In this document: one piece after another, positions 54,036-64,000 of the stretch
Layout: every line of letters starts with the position of its first letter
How positions within the stretch are numbered: the stretch's first letter is position 1
NCBI GenBank assembly: GCA_030265395.1
Contig: JARFYF010000104.1
Span: forward strand, 56,245,472-56,309,471
Source of the DNA: Rhina ancylostomus
Lineage: Eukaryota
Reading direction: 5' to 3'
Length of the DNA: 64,000 nt
Program-made: the position numbers and the translations under genes
The notes under the pieces: generated by a model
Seen by the model: the letters and a program-made list of their open reading frames with translations, nothing else
Database searches by the model: none
What the model was told of the DNA's origin: nothing

Positions 54036-54274
54036 NNNNNNNNNNNNNNNNNNNNNNNNNNNNNNNNNNNNNNNNNNNNNNNNNNNNNNNNNNNNNNNNN
54101 NNNNNNNNNNNNNNNNNNNNNNNNNNNNNNNNNNNNNNNNNNNNNNNNNNNNNNNNNNNNNNNNNNNNNNNNNNNNNNNNNNNNNNNNNNNNNNNNNNNN
54201 NNNNNNNNNNNNNNNNNNNNNNNNNNNNNNNNNNNNNNNNNNNNNNNNNNNNNNNNNNNNNNNNNNNNNNNTTA

Positions 54275-54575
54275 TAAATTGAGGTCTGTCTGGTCTCAAG
54301 TAGTTGTGACGTGTCTTTCAGCATTACTGTTTTTTGAGCAATGGGAGTGAATTAAGCCTGATGCCCTGGCTAATATTTATCTTTTAACCAACGTCACAGA
54401 ATAAAATTATTTGGTCATTAATACTATGTTATTTATGGGAGCTTCCTGAATGCAAATTATCTGCTGTATTCCCTTCATTATACAGCACATCAGAAAAGTA
54501 TTCATTTTTAGCTTTTATCCAAAACTGTAACGTGGTTTTGGACATTGTAAAAGGTGCTATATAAATGCAAGATTT
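54275..54575 (+). mobile_element. Deu-domain SINE fragment
   Basis: gccctggctaatatttatcttttaaccaacgtcac...aaaggtgctatataaatgcaag, homologous to ~9510-9725. Confidence 0.75.
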
Positions 54576-55479
54576 TCTTTTGAACTCTTCTTTGTTTCTC
54601 ATTTCTTTCTTTCCCAACCAAATTAAAACATACTGTAAGTCAAAGCCTGTTTCCTATTTTGTTCAGTGTCATTGATTCCTAGGCTTTAGAAAATATACAG
54701 CAACATATACACATATATGCATTTGAACAATAAAGTAATTGAGTAGTATAAGCAATAAAATAAAAAATAATATCAATGATTTAAAAAGGAGAAATTTTAT
54801 TTGTAATATAGATTTTGTTATCTCAAGCATTGCAAAGCTCATTACAGTCAATAAAAAACTTCTAAAGTGTAGTCCCTTGTATGAATGAAAAGCTGCATGG
54901 TGCTGTGCTGCTGGATGTGTAAGCAGAGGATTGAATGGCCTGAGTTGGCTGATCCAGTTAGGGAAATGATGGAGATCATTATAATTTAATCTGATGGGAA
55001 TGAGAAACCCTCACCAGCATTTCCATTCTTGCATCACTTTCCAGTGGAGCCCTTCTGGAAACTGAATTTATCCAGATACTCTGAAGACAGGATTAGGGCT
55101 TTCATAGTTGAAAAGGTAGCTCGTTTTCACATGAGGATTGGGTGGATGGAAATGGAAGTGGAGACTGCAGTAGCCTGGCAGAAGTTACCAGATCCAGGAG
55201 ACTGAAGCAAGGCAGACGAGTGAAAGGGTGTCTGTGAGTTGGAGGATTTTGCTTTAATAGCTAATGATGTCTGAAAATCTAAGATTCTTGTTTGATGCTG
55301 ACTTTTTTTATTCATTCTCTAATAGCCTGCTTATATACATCTTTAATGTTTAATGTTAATCCTGATTTCCCAATGTGCTTGCAGGAAACGTTGGTGTGCA
55401 TGGCAAGTCCTTGATGTGTTGCTAAATTCACAAGAGGTTAATAATGTCTTGTGATGCCAGTATTGTAGATTTATCAAGG

Positions 55480-55660
55480 AATAATCTGCACCTGACTACA
55501 AAGAAATTCAGTATCCATTATAGATGTATATTGTTCTGCATTGGGAATAACAAAAATGTAGAGAGCAGAATCCTGATGAATTGCTTGATTGTCAGAGGAA
55601 GTGAAAATTTTATATTGTTGTCCTTGTGAGTGGGTGTATTGATTTGATTTGCATATTTTA
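55480..55660. promoter_or_regulatory. Candidate B-cell enhancer motif cluster in intron 5
   Basis: E-box CACCTG at 55489, PU.1/EICE AGAGGAAGTGAAA at 55594-55606 and octamer ATTTGCAT at 55647-55654, in sequence I do not recognise as repeat. Confidence 0.45.
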
Positions 55661-55734
55661 TGTTCAACATAGTTGGTTCTGTTACTGCAGCTTGACTCAA
55701 TGATAACACCTTCAGTTCTGTTGCAGAACTACTC

Positions 55735-55990
55735 CAGGTTCAGAGCACAGCCTTCTGAACACTGCTGATGGGATGTGACATTGCTGGAGACACTATTGTT
55801 TGAAGAGATCATAAACTGTAGTCCTCCTCAGGTGGACATAGCAGGTCCCCGTTACAATCCAAAGTGCAGGTTTTTTCTCCAGTGCCCTGGGCAATAGTGA
55901 TTCCTCAACAAACATTGCTATACCATATAACACTGCTGTTTTTGGGCAAATTTGCAACTGCCTTATAACAGTGACTATACTTTCAAGTAT
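55735..55990 (+). mobile_element. Deu-domain SINE fragment
   Basis: ctctcaggtggacata..., ccagtgccctgggcaata..ttcctcaac and ttataacagtgactatactttcaagta. Confidence 0.65.
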
Positions 55991-57784
55991 AGGTGATAGG
56001 TGATATATAAACACAAGGGATATTAAATTGAAGTTCTGTCTCCCCCATCAGATATTTGTCAAAGTCACCTTGGCACGATTTTAAAGAATAACAGATGAAG
56101 CAGTGATGTATCATATTGCCTTTAATTGCAGTGTTATTGCTAGCAATCTGCCTACAAAATGTTCTTATAAAATGATTTGGTGAAGGTCTTGGGAAAGTGA
56201 AGGAGATGGATGGAAATATATGAATGGAGGTTTTTCTATTACAGGCCTGAGATATACTTCAGCAATTGTTTTGCTTCTGGACTTTGTAATTTGACTTTTG
56301 TGCTAGTTCAACTAAGTGTCACTTACACTAGTGCTAGCTGTATATTCTCACAATGTATCGATTTCCCCAGTTCCATCTGACCTGCAGAATCTGTTTATTC
56401 CTGCCCCATGTGGTTTAACCTGAAGGGTTCAAAAAACAATCTACTGTTCTTTCCATATTAACTTGCATTTGATTGTTAGGACATTAGCTTTATGTTTAAC
56501 CTAGTTGGTCACAGAACATTGGTTGACAGGGATAAATGGAAAGCAATATCTGTAGGGTTTATGCATGAATTAGAGAGCCGTTTTTCTACCTCCATTTCTT
56601 GTATTAAATGGACTTGCAGCAGATGTTGTGCCTTGGTGGGAGGTATATTGCTGAGTCTTAGTGTGAGTACATCTGTTGTGGATTGCTATACAAAGGAGGG
56701 AGCCTTAACCCCTTGTCTCACAGTTTAGGAGTGACTTTGGAATTACTTGAAGGGAGCTATCTGCAGATTAACGCAGGCAATTTACCCCTGACTATCTGGG
56801 TGACCATAGGCATTCCCTCTTCCACACTTCAACGTAATTAATATAGCAGCATGACCAGAAACACTTTGGTTAAAGAGTCCCATTTGCACTCTTTGATAAC
56901 AGAGGCTATAGCCCCTACTGAAAGTTTATTTTACAAAAAAACATGCAAAGTGCCTTTGACTTTGAATAGAATCCCTGCCGTATGCAAAAGGCTTATCGCT
57001 GCATTGAATTCAGTCTCATTGTGTCCACTCTCCCCAACAAGTTTTCAGTTTTCATTTCATTCACAAGAGGCTTGGAGGTGAAGCTGTTAATCACCTGCTG
57101 TGTGAAATACTGGGATACACACAAGGACAACATGGTCTGCAGGCCAGAAATGCCTTACTTTGACTTAGCAAAGCTGGCCAGAGCTTCTGAATAGAGTTTT
57201 GTTTGTCTCAGAGTCTGGATTTGTAAAGGACTGATTAATGGAAGTTTTGGGTGATAGAAACATTGGCGGAAACCCATTCATCGTTCAAGATCCAGGCCTG
57301 CTGCATGAACAACTGGGTGGCAGACTATGTTCTCACTGTCATTCGTGCTGTTGTTACTTTGATCTCCCCATGTGCTTGCTTCCACTCACTGATGCTGCCA
57401 GGGCAGTCAGGCAGCGCTTTCTTGAAAGACCAAAAGACAATTGAATCCTCTTCACTGAGGAATTGGCATTTGTTTGAGACACCATCTATTCTGGGACAGT
57501 ATTTGAAATGTTTAACTTCAGTGATTTTTGCTATGCTTTGTATTTTAATCTGGGTTTGTTAGAATGATACTGACTCCTCATAAAATACCACATCCTACTG
57601 TCCAGTGTTATTAGTCCCACCAAAAAGTTACAAATATTCTTTCTGCTTTTTAATGAACCAGAATTGCCTGCAAACTGTGCTCTCATTTGATAACTTAAGA
57701 AAGTTGTTGCTGTTCTTTGAAGGCAGAAAGGTGTGTAATAAAGATTAAATCAAACACGCGGATTTTCATGAGGAAAGGAAAAGC

Positions 57785-58200
57785 AATAACTTGTATTTAC
57801 GAAGTGCTTTAACTGACCTCAGTACATGCCAAAGTACTTTAGAGCTAATTAAGTACTTCTTTGGTGTGTAGTCACTGTGGTAATGGAAAGTCAATTTGCA
57901 CACAGCAAGCTCGACAAATGAGATAGTGAATAGTTAGTCTGTTTAAATGATAGTGTACGAGGGGTGAGCATTGGCAAAGCCACTATGGAGGATTCCCTTT
58001 CTCTTCTTCAAATAGCGCTTTAGAGATTTTTACATCCATCTAAGGGATCAGATGGGGCCTCAGTTTAATAATGTAAACCACCCTTGTCAGAACACCAATC
58101 CCTCTGCAAAGCACTGAAGTGAAAGACCGGATTATGTAGTGGAACTTGAAGCTAAAATCGTCTGAAATCAGATGAGGGAGCCACTGGAGCCAACAACATG
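57785..58200 (-). mobile_element. Deu-domain SINE
   Basis: Reverse of the Deu core: ctcttcttcaaatagcgctttagagatttttacatccatctaagggatcagatggggcctcagtttaa. Confidence 0.75.
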
Positions 58201-58349
58201 GTACGAATTTAGCTCCTTTTTCTCTCTGGAAAAAGAACACATCAAGATTTTGAAAATTCTAAAAGATATTAAGAAAACTAATTAAAATAAATTGCTCAGC
58301 ACGTTGAAAAAATCATACATTGAGAGACAGGCCAGCAAATTGAGGAAGG

Positions 58350-58500
58350 AAAGCAGACAATGCTGGAAGTGCTCAGATGAACCGAAGAAAAGTCCTTGAC
58401 CTGAAACATTGATTCTTGATTCTCCCCCCACAGATACTGCCTGACCTGTATCCTGCATCTTTTATTTTTGTTCGGAGTTCCAGCATCTGCAGTTTTTTGA
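58350..58500 (+). mobile_element. Penelope-derived short element with partial inverted arm
   Basis: gcagacaatgctggaa..ctcag and gacctgaaacattga..ccacagatactgcctgacctg, as at 52525-52725. Confidence 0.7.
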
Positions 58501-58929
58501 TCTGATACAAATGTGGAAGCTAGGGAAGGAATTTTACATTCAAAGGGTGATAGACCATTGGGTGATTATTCAGGATGGTCTCAGAAGCACACTGGTATAT
58601 GTGGACTCAAGGAATAATTAGTTACAATTCTGGAAGGGGATCAGATGAGAAGGTGGGTGAGGTAATATGTCAGAGAATCAAAGAATCATGCAACACTGGA
58701 GGTTTTTTGATCCCTCAACTTTGCGCTGGCTCTTTGAAAAGAACTATTCAATTAGTTCCTTTCCCCTTGTTCTTACTCCATAAATGGTGCCATTCCAATG
58801 AAGACTCTTGTTTTTTGTTTAACATCTACATTTGATTCCAGTGACTTAAAGGGCCCCAGCTAATCCTCTGCATCCCTAGAGAGCAGCACAGGTCTGCTCT
58901 CACCACCAAGAAGATGACCTCACATCTGA

Positions 58930-59235
58930 CACCAGAGAATAGAGGGCGTGCTTTAAAGGTGAGGGGGGTAAGTTCAAAGGAGAAGTTTTTCACACAGTGG
59001 TGGGTGCCTGGAATGCGCTGCCAGGGGTGGTAGTGGAGGCAAATATGATAGATACCCTCGAGAGGCTCTTAGATAGGCGCATGAATGTGCAGAGAATGGA
59101 GGGATATGAACATTGTGCAGGCAGAAGGGATTAGTTTAGTTAGGTGTTTAATTACTAGTTTAATTAGTTTGCTACAACATCGTGGGCCGAAGGGCCTGTT
59201 CCTGTGCTGTTTTGTTCTATGTTCAATGTTCTATT
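58930..59235 (+). mobile_element. Relatively young CR1/HER1 3' end
   Basis: Similar to ~47900-48177 (tttaaaggtgagggggg..tggaatgcgctgcca..gggcctgttcctgtgctg..tgttctatgttc). CpGs are partly retained. Confidence 0.85.
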
Positions 59236-61479
59236 TAATAGATCAAAGGAAGTGAATTAGGACCATCCGCTCACCCAAACCCCCCCCCCCAACCACTGAT
59301 GATCATCTTCCAATAGCTAACCCCAGGACCACAAACAGGAGAATAATCTGCAAGCCATGGGCTCACTTTACTGTTGTTTTTGGTCATATTTCTTTCAGTG
59401 ATAGAAATGGCCTTCTGAGCAAAGGGGTTTGGGTTGTCAGACGCTGCAAAATAACACAATCGTTTCAGAAAAAATTCTTTTGCAAGCACACCATGTTCAT
59501 ATTGGCACCACTATTACATTAAATTACAAAGCCACAGATCTTGAATCATAACTGTGGCACAACAGGGTCTGTTCATGCACTGTGCTATCATCCTGTGGTG
59601 GTATGGGACAGGACCAGCTCCTTTAGCGGGTATGTCAAGTGGCAGCAAATTAAAAAAAGTAATTGCCACTGTGTTCAGCTCCATCTGAATTGACACAGTG
59701 GTCGGCAGCCAATAATTCCACTCTGGAGACAGTCTAGTAATGGCAGAATGCCACGCTTCACAAATTATTTTACTAAAGCATGTGTTTCTGTCCTTAATGA
59801 TGTTGGGGTGGTGAACAGACTTTTCCTCTGCAAGTTTAGAAGTATCTTTTGGAATTACTGGGTAGGGATGAATTGGGGAGGGAAATGGGGGGGATGTCCC
59901 TTTAAATTTCCTGCACTATATGTAGCAATTCCAACCATGCATATAACAAAAAGTAAAGGCAGTTGTTGATTTGTTTGAGCATTCATACAATGGTGCTGAT
60001 CTTCAACTTTTGTCTAGTATTAACCATGCCTGCACTATTCATAATTACCTGTTCAAGTGTGAGTAACATTGATTCAATTGGTTCTGGAAATCTACCTCTA
60101 TACTTTATTAGCCCCTTCAGCATGATGCACTTAATAATCAGAAAGAAGCTGAATCACTTTCTCTTCAATCAAATGAATACATATTTATGCATTAGGAACA
60201 TAAACTGAGAACAAAAGTGGTGCCTATTGTTTGCAGCTGATCTAGCTTTTCTTTCAGAAATTGGTGGCACATTAGTTGAATTATACATCTTAAAGATAGT
60301 GTGATTGTTAAACAGGTTTCTGTGAAGCTGGAAGTTTAAATAGAACACTTGCTATTTGGTACCATTTTATTCTCAAGATGCTTCAGTTCCTTACTTGTGT
60401 GCTACTGCTGTGTATACCGAAACTGGGACATCTGTTTTATTTTATATCTCTGTGTAAACCACACACTTCTCAGATGAATCGCATCATTGAAGTTGAAGTT
60501 CAACAGTGGTACTGTCGTCATTTCCCTGTAAATACTGGAAATCAGAAAAATGACAAAATCGCATCATATTCCAATGGTTCAGAGAATGAATGGTCATGAG
60601 AAAGACAAAAAACACTGATATTTTTTGTTTATTCTTTGCACAGATTTTTAGTTTGTGAAGTAACTGATCCACATTTGTCTTTCACAAGTGTTCCTTGGGT
60701 TTCTACCTTTGAGTACAAAGCTACACAATGATGCAAAATTGCCAATGTGTGTGCATGTTTGTTTTCAGTGTTCTTTGTGGCTGCACTTCCGTTCTTAGTT
60801 TTCTTCCAGATTGGTTAAGTAATTAAGTCCCTGCTTTCTCCATTTATATTGCTCATTCCCATTTACACACTACAGAAAGCTCTCTCTTTCTAAAAGTTGC
60901 TTGTTTTCTTGCAATTGCACACAACCAAAAGTATTCACATTACAGCCGAACACATTTTTCAGAGAGAGTACACATGAGAAAAGAAAATCAGCAACAATAA
61001 AATTTTACACTTGTTCCAACAGCACGGTGCACTGCACAGGGACTCTGAAAGTGCTATGTATTCCTAACCTGTGCTCCTTTTTACTGTACCCTAGCCAGTA
61101 GAATTCCCATGGTTAGAAGAGTCCAATGAAATGTATGAGCTCAGGATTCTGGTTCTGGTGTAAAAGCACTCCAATTTCAATAAGTTGATATGTAGTCCTC
61201 CTACTTCACTGTCAGATTGTTGTTCAGCTGTTTATTCTCCTGAATAGGTCTTTATCTGTCCAGGATACTAGCTTTGAAATTTCTCCATAAACCTCACCAC
61301 TTCTGTAGTTCTCTCTTTCTTTTAAGATGCTCCATAAAATTTACCTCTTTAACCAAACATCGGCCTTAATTTCTTCCTTTGTGGCTTATTTCATATTTTG
61401 TGATAATGCTTCTATGATGTGATTTGGGCAATTATAGTATGGTGGCGATTGTAGGGGGTTATTTATGTGATCACTCTTA

Positions 61480-64000
61480 CTGTTCTGCTGCCTGTTGTCT
61501 GATTGTTGTTGCTTCACCCTGCCCTCCAGTTGGTGCTCCACTTACTGCTCTCTGATGCTTGCTCATTTAGTCAATTGCCTGTTCCAGGAGCACTATCTGC
61601 AATCTGCTTTTTGTTCCATTGCCCAAGTCTCTGCTTCTTGCTCCCTTCTGCGCTGTTTTTCCATGGCTCACTCCTCTAACTGCTGTTCCATTGCCTCCTC
61701 TCCCTGACTGTTGTTCAATTGCTTGTTCTCTGGACATTGTCTCGTCAGCCATACTCTGTTGCTTCAACACTATGTTGTTACACTGATTCTCTCTGGTTGT
61801 TGCTGCATTGCTCAATGTCTCTGAATATTTCCGCACTGCAAATTTTTCCTCTAGTATTTACTACCACACACACTCTCAGAATGTTGTGTGGTTGCTTGCT
61901 CTTTTGTTGGTTCTTTTAATTGATTGTTGCTCTGTTACCAGTTCTTTGATTGTTATTTTGATGTTCACTCACATAATTGTTGCTCTGTTTCCTCATGTTA
62001 CTCCTTTTCCTGATTTCTGATTGTTGATCCAGTCAGTCCTTTCTTTGCTTGTTGTTCCACTACCCTCCACCACTTCATTGCTAGCTACTCACTGTTGCTA
62101 CATTGCACACTCATTCTAATTGTTACTATTTTGCTGGCTATTTAGACTTGTTTCTTTGCCCATTTGTTGCCTGTTATTCAAATGTTCCTTCATTGAAAAC
62201 TCTGTTGTTCTTTTGCCTGATGTCTCTGATTACTGCTCCACTGTGTACTCTGCATCATTGTTGTTCCATTACTCACTCTGTTATTTTGCTGTGTTGCTTG
62301 ATCTCTCTTTGTTGCTTTATTGTCCTTTCTTTCTGCTTTGTTGATTGTACACTCTCTCCTATTTATTGGTGGACTCAATCTCATTATTGGTTTCATTGTC
62401 CAGTCAGTCTGACTGTTGCATCGCCACAATGCTGTCTGTTCCTGATTCCATTCTGTATTGTCCCTGATTGTTGCTATCTTTATGATTCTTGTTACTTTGC
62501 ATAGTAACTCTATTTATTCCTTTGCCTCTTTTCTCTCCTTGTTTCTTCATTATCCTCTATTTGATTGTTGCTCCACTGTCCACTCTCTGAAGGTGCATTT
62601 CTCACTGGTTGCTGTAATGTCTACTGTAACATTGCTGAGCCACCCTTAATGTTGCTCCAGTGACTGAGTGCTCAGAAGCGTTGTTCAGTTGTCCATACCC
62701 CAACTGTTCAGCCTCTCTGATTGTTCCTCCAATGTCTATGCTGTTTGTTATTTGCTATATTAATGGCTCTCCTTGATTGCTATTGTATGAACCGCTCTCT
62801 GTTTAATTGTTCATGGTCTCTCTAATTTTAGTTACATTGCTTGTTCTTTCTCAGTGTTACTCTGTTGCTCTATGTTCTTGTTTTTGCTCTGTTGTCCATA
62901 CTCTCTCATGGTTGATCATATGGCACTTTGCTTGTTCGTCTGTTACTCATTCACAGATTCTTGTTCCAATATTGCTACCTGATTTTATATTTCAAGTTCA
63001 AAAGTTCTTATTCACTGCATTCCTTCTCTGATAATTTCTCCATTAACATCTCTTTTTGTTGAATCAATTAACAGTCCCTTCATTTATTGGTTTATTCCTT
63101 CTGTTCTGGCTGATGATCCATTGCCTGTATTCTGACAGTTGATCCATTGCTACTGCTCATTGACTGTTGCACTATTGCCTGCTTTCTAGGATTGTTGCTA
63201 TAATGGCAGGCCCACTTGATTTCTTCTCCCTTGCTTGCTCTCTGATGTCACTCTGTTTCTGTAATCTGGTTTTGGTTCCGTCGTCCTCTGACTGTTGCCC
63301 AGTTGTCTGCTTTCTGTTTGTTGCTACTTTTCTCAATCTCTGATTGTTATTTCATCACTGCCTTTGGATTATGTTCTCTTTCTCAGTCATACTTGTTCAC
63401 TGATTGTTTTGCTAAGGCACATTCACTGGTTGTTACCCCATTGCCTGTTCACTGGTTGTTGCTCCACTCTATGTCCATTGCCTTCTAACCAATTGTTGCT
63501 CTGTTGTCTGCTTTCTGATTGATATTATTTTTCTAGCTATCTGATTGTTATTTGTTTGCACACTCCTTCTTTGTGGTTCTTTCTTTCATCCTCAGTGATT
63601 TTTGCTTCAGTGCCTGCTGTCTGTGTTGCTGCATCACCCACCATCATTGATTTTACTGTTATGCTGTTATGTTCTGTCTCAATGTTACTTATCTACCTGG
63701 TAAAAATAGGGTTATTGTCCCACTGCACACTTCATCACCCTCTCACCAATTGTTTTGCCATTTCCTATGCTGACTAATTGTTGCTCTGTTACTGAAACTG
63801 AATGATTTTTGTTTGTTGACATTCTGTTTGTTGCTCCGATGCCTGATACCTGCTCTGATTGTTAGTCTGTTGCCTGTTCTGTGATCATCACTGTGAAGTC
63901 TGCTCTCTGTTTGCTATTCCATGGACTGCTGTCTGATTCATTGCTCTGAAGCTGTTCTGATTGTTGTTCCATTTTCTATACTTCCATTACTCTTCTGAAA
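61480..64000. repeat. Long degenerate T-rich array built on CTGATTGTTGCTC-like units
   Basis: tgattgttgctc, ctgttgctc and attgttgc recur every few tens of bp up to the window end, with strong A depletion on the + strand. Confidence 0.75.

Larger units (their letters stand above)
46156..64000 (+). other. pax5: Pax5 intron 5 (continues beyond the window)
   Basis: Starts at GTAAGT. No partial-homeodomain exon 6 sequence was recognised downstream. This intron is also long in mammals. Confidence 0.75.

Noticed and set aside
55385-55440. Possible pax5 exon 6 after ttgcag acceptor
   Set aside because: The phase-1 reading hits TAA within ~14 codons and shows no similarity to the partial homeodomain exon.
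61495-63777. Cluster of Cys/Leu-rich ORFs resembling membrane or metal-binding proteins
   Set aside because: A by-product of A depletion (few stop codons) in a low-complexity array.

Overview
Eukaryotic, AT-rich vertebrate genomic DNA, not prokaryotic. The repeat content (HE1/V-SINE-like and Deu-domain SINEs, CR1, Penelope and Rex1-type LINE relics) suggests a cartilaginous fish; this is an inference. The window holds the 5' part of a + strand pax5 gene: alternative first exons 1A (ATG 15213) and 1B (ATG 27095), paired-domain exons 2-4 and octapeptide exon 5, all with GT-AG boundaries and compatible phases. It ends inside intron 5, and I could not find exon 6. A CpG-retaining, transposon-poor domain (~8-38 kb) covers both promoters, while the flanks are CpG-depleted and full of decayed retroelements. 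Nearly all ORFs in the supplied track are spurious or retroelement debris. I found no convincing new protein-coding system. The best leads are regulatory or RNA-level: a PU.1/IRF (EICE) plus octamer cluster in intron 5, a ~31-bp-phased CCAAT array at promoter 1B, Penelope-derived hairpins with hammerhead-ribozyme vestiges, inverted SINEs around exons 4-5, and a >2.5 kb degenerate CTGATTGTTGCTC array. Family assignments and comparisons to mammalian PAX5 come from my recall of the sequences, not from database searches. Repeat boundaries are approximate.
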